Positions 26,245 through 39,164 of a DNA stretch of 64,000 bases are shown here, piece after piece. Under the pieces are notes generated by a model, which ran no database searches, was not told the origin of the DNA, and saw nothing but the letters and a program-made list of their open reading frames with translations. The stretch comes from Rhina ancylostomus (lineage: Eukaryota): the NCBI GenBank assembly GCA_030265395.1, contig JARFYF010000059.1, forward strand, positions 20,418,419-20,482,418, read 5' to 3'. Both the position numbers and the translations under genes were made by a program. Numbering within the stretch: the first letter of the stretch is position 1; the number at the start of each line of letters is the position of its first letter.

Positions 26245-26345
26245 TGAAATAAAAATAGAAAAATGCTGGAAACACTCAGCAGGTCAGATGGCATTCTTGG
26301 ACACAGGAAAAGAGCTACTGTTTCAAGATCTTTCATCAGCATTTT
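26245..26345. mobile_element. Penelope-type short element, one arm
   Basis: tgaaataaaaatagaaaaatgctggaaacactcagcaggtcag...tgtttcaagatctttcatcag. Confidence 0.6.
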
Positions 26346-29300
26346 CTGATTTTATTGCTAACTCCCTATGTGTGACTGTAAGGAAACTCAATGGAATAGG
26401 CCTTCAAAGTCCAGGCACTGGGCTGGAATGGAGGGAATCACTGATGTTCAACCTCTCCCACTTAAGCCAGTCCCAGATTCGCATGGTCCTGCTGCAGAGT
26501 GAGGCTTCACTCTGTCACTAGACTCCACGTGGAGCCCAAAACTACAGATCTGCCTTACTGGGATTCCACTTCCTTGATTCTATGCCAACTGGAGCAAAGA
26601 TCTCATTCATTTGAATGGAGAATCAAGGCCTGAAGATTAGGAGGAAAAAGATAACTTAAGATAAGTTTAAGAAATGTTCTTAGCGTTTCAATGCGTCCTT
26701 AGTTAATTTTATTCTTTAAACAAATTTTTAAATCACTGCAATGTTAATAGTTTTATTTATACGTCTCTGCATATCAGGGAATTTGTAGCCTGTTCTTACA
26801 GAAGGTGATGCCCTGCTCCACTTTGCCAAAAGGTGTTCTGGATGGTAGCTGTGTGAGACCTACTCATTGTTCCAGATGCTGCCTGGGTCTGGATAGTTAT
26901 CAGCTCAGTCAGACCTCTGTGTGCAACAAGGAGAGCCTGGGTGGCGAGACAAATCCAGTACCAATGCTCCATTATGCTATGCATCAGAAATAAAGGAGGG
27001 TGTTTTCTACATTGCATGCCAACTGTGCCAATAACTTTTGGTCTCTATAGGGTTAAATCAAAATAAATATTTTGTTGACTTTTGTGCTGCTCCTTCACGC
27101 AAACAAGGCCCAGGAGTCACAACAAATAACTTGTCAGGCAGAGCATTTTCAAATAGAGCTACAATTCTTGCTTTTCAATTTGCAACAAAGTGCAAAAACA
27201 CAAAATTAATCTGTTTGGCAGTTTCTGAAAAACAGCAAAAGAATTGTGTAATCAAGTCAAACATACTGGAATAAACATGGATGTGAGAGGGGCTTGGGGG
27301 AGGGTGTATGGGGGNNNNNNNNNNNNNNNNNNNNNNNNNNNNNAAGCAGCAAAACAGTGCAAACATGTTCTTCCCTCTGAAAGTCAACTTGTCACCAATT
27401 TCAGAGCCTGTAGCTGTACTACTATACGTTGGATCAATTGCCAAATAATGCTTTGTCTACCCTGTGAATTGCAAGACATGGCATGTAAATTACCCTGATG
27501 CAATGCAGAGCCCCCAGCCTGCGAAGATTTGATCAACAACAGGACTGTGTCTGGAACAGCAGTGATGATAGCACCAGTTAGGTATTTGGCAAATGCCCCT
27601 CCATTTCTGAAAACCTCTCAGTTGGGGGTTCCAACACTAAAACCACAACAGGTGACAATGCCAAAGGGAGGCTGTTATTTTTCTGTCAGCACACAGAACA
27701 TTTTGTTCGGACAAGACATCAATTTTAGGCTCACAGTGAATGCTGCAAAAACTGCTAGAACACGGCCGCTTCTGTGGGTCAAGTGTGAAACAGACGCAGT
27801 GAGCCAAAAATCTTGTATTCTGCAAATCAGTAACCCTTTGTGGGACAGAGCAACATTTCCAAAGATAATTTGAAAAGAATTCAGATACTGATTAATAGAA
27901 TTCATCCGGAATTCCAGCCTCATTTAATAACTAAATCTTAATCAGGCATGATGGAACATAAACACACATTTAAAATATGACACTATTAAGAATCAGCCGG
28001 TGCTTTTTCAGCAAGACCTTGCGGTGTGCTATCTTTGTAATAGTTTTTGGGATGTAATTATTGATGCACATTACTAAATGTCCTGAGAAAGTGGTGGCTT
28101 GATAGACTCACTGGGAGGGCAGTTAAAAGCTATGAGGGGGGGAGGGGATGGGAACATTACTCAGGCCAGACAATAAGTTTCCTTCCCTGAAGGACAAGAG
28201 TGAAGCAGATGGGGTTTCTGACAATTTGACAGATTAACAATCACTTTTACTGACACTACCTTCTTTCTCATTTTGGGCTTTTATTGAAAACTCAAAATTC
28301 AAATTCTCAAGATGTCTTGATAGGATTTAAACATAAACATTTCTCAAGATTATTAGTCCCAACCCAGTAATGATGGCAGAGTTTGTTGCAACTCTCACAT
28401 TTACACTCTGCAGGCTGATCACATTCACCACCGCTGGAGAAACCTTTTGAGTTATTTGAGACCCAACAAGAGAACCAGCCCACAAACAATGCTGGATGCT
28501 CAAGATCATCTGCCAGAGGCCAAGCCCCACACCCTCCCAAATCAAGAGCTGTGGAAGGCCAGAGTTTTGACACAATGACAAGGTCACGCAAGGCCTCGGG
28601 AAATTCAGCATTCCCACCGACAGCCGGCAGAACCTTGCTCCATCAGGGGTAACCAGAGAGACAAGACTAATCCCAGCAGGCAAGCGAGGAAGCAGAATAT
28701 GCTCCACCTGGTGAATGAACCTTTAGAAAAAGTGAGGCAGTTTGCTGTAAGTCCTCTCCTCCTTCACCAAGGCCAAGCACCAATGACTGACTGGCTTTGC
28801 CCTATCTCCTTTCATCAATCAAGATGCTGAATGGCCTTACTATACAAAGACAACTTATTGCAGAAATTTAAGTGTACATTTGTCCAAATAAATATAAAGG
28901 CAGTGTAGTTTGTGCACATTTCTCATGTACAAGGCCACACCACACTTGTTTCAATATTATTTACACAATAACTGCCAGGAATTTTGGGTATAGTTACTGA
29001 GGAAAACTCCATTTAAGCAAAGCATCAACAGTTTGAGTTGATGCTAATCTGAGTGCACCTGAAGTCTGATTTTAGTTGGCAAAATCACAGGGTTCAAATA
29101 TAAAAGAAATACACCTACATTTCGGGAGATATGAGAGCAGAATACAGCTGGTTTCAATGAAAACAGCTAAGTTTGGAATGTTGTGAAATTTTGGATTGGT
29201 ATCACACACATACTCCTATCCTACTGGGAAGTTGTTCAGGATATTCAGTAATCACAAATGGCCAATCAACTCTTTCTAGCATAGCAATCCATGCTCCAAA

Positions 29301-32300
29301 CAACTCCCACTGAAAGAAAAATGAATAATGGAGAAATCAATGAAGCATTATCTTTATTACAGGGAGGAGAGCTTGGGGGAAATGTTTGTCACTAACAAAC
29401 CTCGCAAAGGCGCTTTGCAATGTGATAGAGCAAGCTGCATGATGGTGTTGGTGTTTGGCAAGTAGACATATCATACGTACAACATCCTTCAACAAAGATA
29501 TTTCCTCCTCAACTAAAATCGAATTGAATTGATGATGAACCAATCAGATTTCTTTGAGATGGAATTGTTCTGTGGCCCAGGAGAAGTAGGAGAATAGAGA
29601 GCTCTGTGCACTGAACAATTAAAACACTCATCCTATCTCAGTACTCTACTTGAGCAGCAACTCATCAGAATAAGTTCTATCAGCTCAAAAACCAGAGACC
29701 ATTGCATTTCTACATTAGAGCAGTTCATTGGCAGGCATTGTCTTAGAGTTGCTTTGTAAGTGGCATTTCTAAAAATGCTTTCAGATGAAAGGATTTGTTG
29801 TGCGAGTCTGCCGAGCTAAATCTGACCCTGGATAAAGGCTATTATTATAGTGCAGAGGAACAACCAAGGGTCTCTAGCAGAATCAGTGACCCGTGCATTG
29901 CAAGGTTAGTGGCCCACTCTTTTTCTTTCTCCAATATGCAACTCAAAATTGGAGGAAAAACTACTCAGCAGAAGTAACTGGCCAAGAAGAAAGTAAGACA
30001 AACTGCCTAGTTTTCAAGCAGCACTGGATTCTCCCTTCTCATATCTGAATAGCTCTCCTCTTTCCCTGCCACATCCAGTCCTCGTGATCCTCTCCAGGAT
30101 TTCTCAGACCCCCAGCATCCCATCAACATTAAAACATTCTCTATTCCTCTTTAGAATTCTTTTGCCTGGGTTAAAGTTCAATCCACAGTTTTCACTGAAT
30201 GAAAAGTTGACTGGCTCAGGCTTAAAAGTGCCACTGTCATTCGGAGTTCTGCCCTACAAGACACCGTTCAAAGTCTGTAAACAAGTGATCTTTGATGTGA
30301 TGACATGTTTGCATCTGGGCAAAGTTTTAAAAATCAAAAGGAAAAACAGTGCCATTGATGAGCACTGTGCTTACTACAATGCAGTCAGGATAATAATGCC
30401 TGCAAATCCCTGTTAATTCAGGAATTCAACTGGTCTAAAATTCCAAACCCCTTTACAAAATCAAGCATAACTGTCCAGCATTCCAAATACTTCTAATGAT
30501 TAAAATCCAGAACTGGCTTGATGCTTTTTTTTGTACAATGATGTGTTCTGATCTTCACTGTGTTGTCTCAAAGGTTTTTAAGCACAGATTGTAAACCCAT
30601 TAGCAAACCATCCTAAAAACAGATGTGTAAACAAATGCCAAGTCAGAGAAGTTAAAATAGTTTGAAAATACAGTGTGTGTAGGAACCAGGGAGAGTTGAC
30701 AGACATCTTACATTATATTTGCATTGATATACTTTCAAATGGCTCTCTGTGTAAGGGCATCACAGTATACAACAGGGATAGCCAGATATGACCCTGGATT
30801 TGGTACAGGGTTAACAAATCTCAGCCAGGGTGGGTTGGATGATTGTTGAAGGCACTATAATTGGCTTCAGAATTCCTGGCTAGGGAGAAGTGAAACTTTT
30901 GGAGGACTACAGCACCTGAAAAATTATCCTGTCACCTTCAGCTCGAAATGTGCAGTAGTGATGTCAGGAGTGGTCTTGTACATCATGGCCTATTCAGGAG
31001 TTCCCAAACTTTCGGCCTGCCCCTCTCAGAGATCTGTGTCTTTTGTGCCCATCTCCTTCCATTGGGGCTGAAAACACTGAACAAAATATACAATCTTGTA
31101 TACTGCTCCACCCTGCTGTGAATGTTATTGCAATACCCCCGTGCCCTCCACCAAAGATCCATCCACTGGTCTGACAACATGGCGCCCACAATATCAAAGA
31201 TTTAGGTTGCGATGTATCTTTCAATTCAAGCTGGGAAAATGGGTCAGATTAAACTGGAGCAGAGCGTCTGCTTCTTCCTGACAACTGGGAAAATACAGGA
31301 GGTGATTCAAAGGGCAGAGAAGCCCAGAAAAAAGATTGACCTCCTTATTGCATTTTAGGTTCGAGTCCAGATAGTGATCTAGGACCATTAAGTATTTGAA
31401 GGTGCGATGCTGAGCAAGAGCTCAGGCAGATGAGTTACAGCTGCTCAGTATATTATGAACACCTCACAACTGAAGGCAGAGATACCAGCCTGCAAGTGGT
31501 CATCATTTACAAGTGGGGCAGGATGAGGGAGGAGCTAATTGATTGGAGGAGGAGGAAACAGGTCAGGGAAGGGACACAAGACCTACTGATCCAGTGGCTC
31601 CCTTGCATTTGCTGCTTTGCCTTCTGGTCTATAGTGGCAGCATGGTGCCAAACAACTTACTACTTAGTTGGTAATGGCCTGTTAGTCAAGATATGAGAGA
31701 GGCTAACACTGTTCGGCATAACCATTGTCCAGGAGGAGCTCCCACCTCTCGGAGAGGAAGAGAGTAACTGGAACAAAAGAAATACTACGTTCTTGAAAAA
31801 GCATTAACAAAAATAACAAGAAGATTACAGAAAATGCTACCAAATCCTCAGTTCAAAGTTATAGTTTCAGATTTTGGATTAATTCTGCAATATTTTCAAA
31901 AGGCCTTTGGCTGAAACTGTCATCACTCTTCAGTTTAAATGCAATGCGCATTTGACTCCATCCAATGCTGCATGCTAAAAGCCTGGACTGTTATGACAAG
32001 GTTTTGATTCTGTAAATATGAACATCCAATCAAGCACTTAAACCCTAACAACATGGCACCAATTCAATCTAGCCACAAGTGGAAAACGTACGTTAATAGG
32101 CATAGATATCAAAAAATTCTAGCATTTTTATTTTTGAGTAGAATATTATGCATTTATGAGGCATCTATGCTGCCCTTTGTAAATATATACTTAGTTCATG
32201 GCTCTTTTAAATAATCCAAACATCACCATGTTAAAATAATGATTGTTTTAACAGAAGGGGCCATGGTGAAAAGTTACTTGGGGGGGGGCGTCAGGAATAC

Positions 32301-33144
32301 AGAGTTGAGGTTACAATCAGACCAGCCATGGTCCTGTTGAACGGTGGAGCAGGTTTGAGGGGCCGAGTAGCCTTCTCCTGCTCCTAATAGTTATGTAATT
32401 TTAGTTCCACTGCTATACAGAGAAACAAAGCTAATTGGAGCCTGGCTACTTGATTCAGATCTTTTGGGACTTAAATATGTGCTGGGTTCGGGTCAGGTCA
32501 GCTTTGAAAAATAATTGTAAATCCTCAGTTTCTGGTGCAAGTGGGCTGGGCAGGATCTTTATAAATAAACTCTCAAGCACTGGTATATTGGTGAATGCAT
32601 ACTATACGTTAGTGCAGCCATGCATGAGTTGAGTGATGTGTTGTGTGGAACAGGCTTGGTTGCCAGACAGTAGCGGTCAGGTTACTTGGGTTAGGTATAA
32701 AGAAATTACAAGTCCTCAGGTTGGGATGCATTAGGTTTTCATTTTATTCCCGAGCAGATCTCTGTATTGAAAGAAAATGAAACATTCACTTCTCAGACAC
32801 TTTGGCAGTTAGATGTGGTCCTTTGGGGAGAGATGTGAGCAAGCATGATTGTAACTAGAGCTCTGAAGAGTTATTACCATAACAACATCCCTGTGTTAGG
32901 CCATTCCAAAATGACATCTACTAGTGAGGCTAATGTGGTCTTTTACTCATTTCAAAAGGCACATGCTTACTCTGGATTATGGGGTTAAATACCCAAAGGG
33001 ATGATGCTGAATGCCTTTTGTAACTTGAGTGAAAGATCCACAGAAACATCTTGAGAGCACTGGGGATAGTCTCGATGCATTTTCTGTGGATCCTCCTTGC
33101 AGAAGATATAGAAGCACTGCTATATCTTTGGCAGATTTCTCACT

Positions 33145-33310
33145 TAGAAGTATTTAATGCAGAAAATTGATAGATTCTTGATTGGTAAAGGGGCTAAGGG
33201 GTACAGAGAGAAGGTGGGAGAATGAGTTGAAAAATCAGCCATGACTGAATGGCAGAGCAGACTTGACAGGCTGAATGGCCTAATTCTGCTCCTATATCTT
33301 GTGGTCTAAG
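33145..33310 (+). mobile_element. CR1-type LINE 3' tail
   Basis: gcagaaaattgatagattcttgattggtaaagggg...atcagccatgactgaatggcagagcagac...gaatggcctaattctgctcctat. A similar short tail lies at about 32290-32395. Confidence 0.75.
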
Positions 33311-33484
33311 TGGCTCAAACCCACCCCAGGTCTCGAGCAGAAATAAGAACTTAAAATTCATTGTGTGCACAGGAAGGATTTACTTGAGATAGCAGTGCAA
33401 CAAAAGATTGATTGAGGTGGGGGCGGAGAGGGCGTTGGGAGAAGTTAAACAGACTGGGCCTATATTCTCCACAGAAGAATGTGG

Positions 33485-33800
33485 GATAAGCTCATTGAAA
33501 CATACAAAGTTCTTCAAGGGCTTGACAGGAATGGTGTTTTCCTGGCTGAGATGCTTACAATCAAGGGTCACAGTCCCAGCATAAGTAGATGACCATTTAA
33601 GACAGAGGTAAAAGGAAATTTCTTCACCCAGAGGGCAGTGAATCTTTGGAATTCACTGCACATGGCTGTGAAAACTCAGTGAGTATATCCAAGACACAAA
33701 ATCAATAGATCTTTAGATATAAAGAGAATCAAAGGATGTGAAGTTAGCGCAGGATAGGGATGCTGAGGTAAAGTATGGGCCACAGTCTCACTGAATAAGC
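33485..33800 (+). mobile_element. Decayed CR1-type LINE 3' fragment
   Basis: ctcattgaaacatacaaag...aagggtcacagt...aaatttcttcacccagagggcagtgaatctttggaattc. Confidence 0.8.
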
Positions 33801-34479
33801 CTGCTTCTATTTCCTACGTTCAATGCCATCCAGGGATGGATTGCTGAAGCATTTGGATGAAATAATTAGCTGGGCTCCTGTCTCCTTGCTGAGATGAATG
33901 CACAGGGGCGAGCCCTTGACATTTTGGCCAACCATAATCCCTCAACCACATCAAATACTGGTCAGTTATTTCNNNNNNNNNNNNNNNNNNNNNNNNNNNN
34001 NNNNNNNNNNNNNNNNNNNNNNNNNNNNNNNNNNNNNNNNNNNNNNNNNNNNNNNNNNNNNNNNNNNNNNNNNNNNNNNNNNNNNNNNNNNNNNNNNNNN
34101 NNNNNNNNNNNNNNNNNNNNNNNNNNNNNNNNNNNNNNNNNNNNNNNNNNNNNNNNNNNNNNNNNNNNNNNNNNNNNNNNNNNNNNNNNNNNNNNNNNNN
34201 NNNNNNNNNNNNNNNNNNNNNNNNNNNNNNNNNNNNNNNNNNNNNNNNNNNNNNNNNNNNNNNNNNNNNNNNNNNNNNNNNNNNNNNNNNNNNNNNNNNN
34301 NNNNNNNNNNNNNNNNNNNNNNNNNNNNNNNNNNNNNNNNNNNNNNNNNNNNNNNNNNNNNNNNNNNNNNNNNNNNNNNNNNNNNNNNNNNNNNNNNNNN
34401 NNNNNAGAGTTGGTAACGTTGGAAGTTTTGGTCTCGCTGTGTGACCCTGTGAAAGAAATTGCTCATCAAGACGAGAGAT

Positions 34480-34850
34480 ATTAGAATATAACAACAGAAC
34501 AAGGCCATTCATCCCCTAGAATATTTTCAGCAGTCAATTAGATCTTAGCCAACCTATATCTCAACTCTATTTACCTGGCTTTATTCCACAATCCTTGATA
34601 CCCTTAGCTAACAATGATCTATTGATCACCCTTTCAACATGTGAGATGGCCCAGTGTGCATTTCCATTATCCTTTGTGTTCAAAAGTTGCTCCTTCATTT
34701 CATTCCTTAAACTTAGAACTGGGCTTTCAAGGGCACACCCTGTTGTTCTGACACCACCATCACCACAGGAAATAATTTCTTTAATTCTACTCTTATCAGA
34801 TCCCTTAACTATTTTAAAAGCCATGATTTGATCACCTTCAAACTTCAACA
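34480..34850 (-). mobile_element. Highly decayed CR1-type fragment
   Basis: ORF remnant EGDQIMAFKIVKGSDK..., and tail acagaacaaggccattc. Confidence 0.6.
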
Positions 34851-35930
34851 AGGGATGTCAGAATCAGTTAAGAAAACTGCATTTTATTTGCATTTTAGAG
34901 TTTCCCCAATGAGTCCAACTTGCACAGAGTCTGACACAGAGTTAGGGTAAAAGGGAATCATTTTTACACGACTAAAATATCAATGGTTGGAGCTATGAAA
35001 ATATAATCATTAAATATTTCACACCAGCAATTTTATAGCTCACACATTTACTATCTTCATGTGAAAATCAAAACAACAAAAATGGGAAGACTGATCATTA
35101 CTGAATATTTAGTAATATTCATCCACATATTAAGAAATAACCAGAACTCACCATCACTAGCATGATATTTATATGGTAAAACTCCTACCATTTAAACTCA
35201 GCTCTTTTGCTGAGATATACAATTTCTTATCCGCAGTAGTAGAATCTGTTCATTAACCAAGACTGAATTAATTTTACAGTATCTGTTCTTCAAAAATTAT
35301 TTTTCATCCAGCAACAACTTCACATCAATGTTGAAATGGTTTTAATTATCATGAAGTAGAATCAGTAATATTAAAATATTCTTTTACGATTGCATGAAAT
35401 GTTCAAATAATCTACACATCAGCGAGATGTTACCACCCACAGGTCCACATCTCATATTTCCATTCTAACATCAGTGGTTAGATTGGGAAAGGGTGGCGCT
35501 TCCTTTGCATTTCTCTGCAGTACAGCTAATGGCTACAAGTTCTGATAATGGCTTTTACGCAAAGCGAAAGCCACAAGAAGTGGGTTGTTGTTTGTTACCA
35601 CTCTTAGACTTCAAGGACTAGCTGTTCAGACAAACTTGTCTATGAGAGTGAGTCATACAAAAAAAAGCAGAAATTACAGTGGTTAGGATGTTGAACATCT
35701 AGCCATGTCGACGGAGGTCATAATGTCTGAGGCTATGGGTGCAACCACACGACAGTAAATGCTTCATAGATTTGACATCGAACCACAGTTTTTCTTTTGT
35801 ACAAACTTCCATTTATTGAATGTCAATTTTCATCTTCCTACTAATTTTCATAACATTCTGTTTCTTTTGACAGTTTTCAGCCCTCTTCTTCAACAAAAAG
35901 TACATTTAAAATTACAAGTCCACAATTATG

Positions 35931-36135
35931 GAGACACAAGAGACTGCAGATGCTGGAATCTGGAGTGAAAAACAGAGTGCTGGAGGAACTCAGCGAGTCA
36001 GGCAGCATCTATGGAGGCAGCATCTATGGAGGCAGAGGGATGGTTGATTCTATGCATCAGGACTGAGTGGAGAGGGGAGGTAGCCAGTGAAAGGGAGGGG
36101 TGAAGCAGGGGCTGGCAGGTGATATGTGGAACCTG
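35931..36135. mobile_element. Penelope-type element end with purine-rich extension
   Basis: gagacacaagagactgcagatgctggaatctggag...gctggaggaactcagcgagtcaggcagcatct...catcaggactgag; contains an internal 15-bp tandem duplication (ggcagcatctatgga x2). Confidence 0.7.
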
Positions 36136-38558
36136 TCACCAGCAGCCAGTCCACAATCACACTCAGCTGTAATATGTAGTCCATGAAACTGGGCGCATGT
36201 ACAGCAGTTAAACACTGCATGTAACTGTGGCATTCCTTGACAAAATCGCAAGGACTATACTGCAATGGTATGACCCACTGAGTTCTCACAGCTGTGGCCA
36301 TGAGTTGAAGACTAGCAGCAATGGGATATTTGGCATAAATTCGATTGAAAGACTTGTACCATGTAGCATTTCTAAGCAAGTTGGAAATTCACCACAATTT
36401 ATCTTTTAAAATTAATTCCTATTTTCTGAAGTTTACCAGCAGTGTGGTTTTATTGATTTAATTCTTGCAAAAACTTAAAAACTAATCACTAGTCAGCAAA
36501 CCAACTCAAAATTTCACTTGTTGACCCATTACAAGGCAGAAGCTCCTCACAGCACGGAATTCAATGAGTTTAGGCCCTGATTAGAAGGTGTGGCTGGAAA
36601 GTCCACACTGCTGGAGAAGATTTACTGCAGGGGATACCACAGCATCGAGTTTAGTCGTGCATGAAGCTGGCAGCACTGATGGGATGTGGGCCAAGGCTAG
36701 GAACACCAAAACAACTATGTGGAAGGTATAGATTCCACAGAGGCAGAACAGGTAAGGTCTCGTTTACAGCTCGAGCAGACCTCTAATATCCAACTGAGCC
36801 CCACACTCAGCGCACATGGGATGCCCTGTCTGCGGATCTCAAAGTGCAAAGAATTATCTGGAAGTGCTGTCACACCAGGCCTGTCACACCATTTGGCATT
36901 GTTGCACATGATCCCAGACTGACCTTGAGAAAGTGCACACACATGGAGTACACAGAGATGCTGGTCACAGTTAAAGATTGGTGTTCAATANNNNNNNNNN
37001 NNNNNNNNNNNNNNNNNNNNNNNNNNNNNNNNNNNNNNNNNNNNNNNNNNNNNNNNNNNNNNNNNNNNNNNNNNNNNNNNNNNNNNNNNNAATATAATCC
37101 ATATCACACTGTGCACAGAAATGTTGTGTGCTGTGAATTTCTATCTTACAATGTTTTTGGACCAGTCCCCATTCCCCTCATGTGATTAATAGTACTGCAT
37201 TTACAGAATTAAAACTATGTCTCTTCACAAGATAAAGATATACTGTAAAGATGTTAAGCTTCCAACTTTCCGAGCAAGATCACAAAACCCATTCAGACAT
37301 TGGGTTCCTGGAATACCTGTAGTTAACTGCCAAGATTTCCGGCGTTCATTGACAGGTCATCCTTCGGGCTTCACGAGTAAACCAGACTAGCTGGTGAATC
37401 ATCAGTTCAGCTGGTCAATGTGGTTTGTTCAGGAGCTGAATCACCAAAGCTCCCACAACAGGTTGACTTGCTTCTGTACTTTCATTACCAAGCAGGGTGC
37501 ACTTGATCCACCTCAACACCAGTAAAGGACCCAAACCACCTACTACAATGGCAAAGTGCCAACGGAAAGACATGGAGGATTGAGCTGGCAAAGGCTCTAT
37601 TTGATTGGCTCCAACACTGGGTGTGGGGATCACTATTGAGTTTACCCAGCAATCAGTGCTTTTGATGGAGATAACTTGGTGCTGTCTACCAATTGTGCAA
37701 CCAGCATTAACCATATAACCCAGCAGAGATGTAGAATTATTTAAAGACAGCCTTCTCTTCTCTAAGCCATCCTGCACTACCTAAAGGAGCGATACAGTGT
37801 GGCTGAAGAGCGAGGATGTCTTCTCTGTACTTCACACATTGTTCCTCGCTTTGACTAAGATAGGAAAATTGTTCCCTGAACATCCAGGGCAGAAAATGGG
37901 TTCCTGCTGAACTGCCTTCTCCCTCTTCCACAGACTCTGCCGTTTCTCCCAGTCATGTTATATTCCATGAGCAACATCCACAAATAACCAGCTTGTGCAA
38001 AAGCCTCATGTGTCTTTCAGTAACTGTCACACTACTTCCTGCAGACTTTAGCAACTTCAAAGAACTTTGTAAACCACCAAATACTCATATCATCAACAGC
38101 CAGCAAATATCAATTGAAAGTTAACCTAAAACTTTATACAATCTTTTAAAACAGAGCAGGTGGGGTTGTCCTTCCTTCTGCTGAATGTGTCCAGAAGATT
38201 TCTTGATAAGGGTGTGCTTGAGTGTTGAACTCCAAGACAGCAATGTTGGACTTGCACACTNNNNNNNNNNNNNNNNNNNNNNNNNNNNNNNNNNNNNNNN
38301 NNNNNNNNNNNNNNNNNNNNNNNNNNNNNNNNNNNNNNNNNNNNAATAGGGGTACAGGATCGATGCCCCACAGATGTGCCCATGCTCAAACAGTCTGGGA
38401 TCCGCACCTGCATTCCTTGTTGGTTGCAAAATCAAAGATAACGGAATGTGATACATTTATTAAGGCTGTGATCGGGATCAATTAGTTAATGTTTCAGGTC
38501 TGGGACCCTTCATCAGACCCTGGACCCAAATCAGGGTCCCAGTCATGAAACGTTAACT

Positions 38559-39164
38559 GCATTGCGTATAAGATTAGGGAAGTCATGTTGCAGCTGTATA
38601 AAACTTCAGTTTGGCCACATTTGGAGTAGTGTGTCCAGTTCCGGTCGCCGCATTACAGGAAGGATGTGGAGGCTTTGAAGGGGGTGCAGAAGAGGCTCAC
38701 TAGATGTTGCCAGGATTAGAGAGCACCAACTATAAGGAGTGCTTGGAAAAACTAGGCTTGTTTTCTCTGGAGCATCAGAGACTGAGGGGGTGACCTGATA
38801 GAAGTATATAAAATTAGGAGACACACAGATAGGGTTGATAATCAAAGTCTTTTTCCTGGGATGCAAATATGAAGTTCTAGAGGGAATAAATTTAAAGAGA
38901 GAGGGAGAAAGTTTAAAAGGAGATTTGTGGGGCAATTTATTTTTAAACACAGAGTTAGGTGCCCGGACCGCGCTGCTGGGGAAGGTGGTGGAAGCAGATA
39001 CAATGGCAATATTTGAGAGGCGTGTAGACAGACACATTAACAGGTGGATGGATGTAGATGACATGCAGGCAGATGTACAATTTAAGTTGTCATTACGGTC
39101 AATAAAGACATTGTGGGCCGAAGGGCCTGTTCCTGTGCTGTACTGTTTGATGTTCTATGTTCTA
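38559..39164 (+). mobile_element. CR1/HER1-type LINE 3' fragment (~600 bp) nested in a Penelope-type element
   Basis: REVMLQLYKT...PHLE*CVQFRSPHYRKDVEAL...GESLKGDLWGNLF...VVEADT; tail tgggccgaagggcctgttcctgtgctgtactgtttgatgttctatgttcta. Confidence 0.9.

Noticed and set aside
33820-34512. Long ORFs spanning N runs (also near 44.0-44.4 kb)
   Set aside because: Artefacts of translating through assembly gaps.
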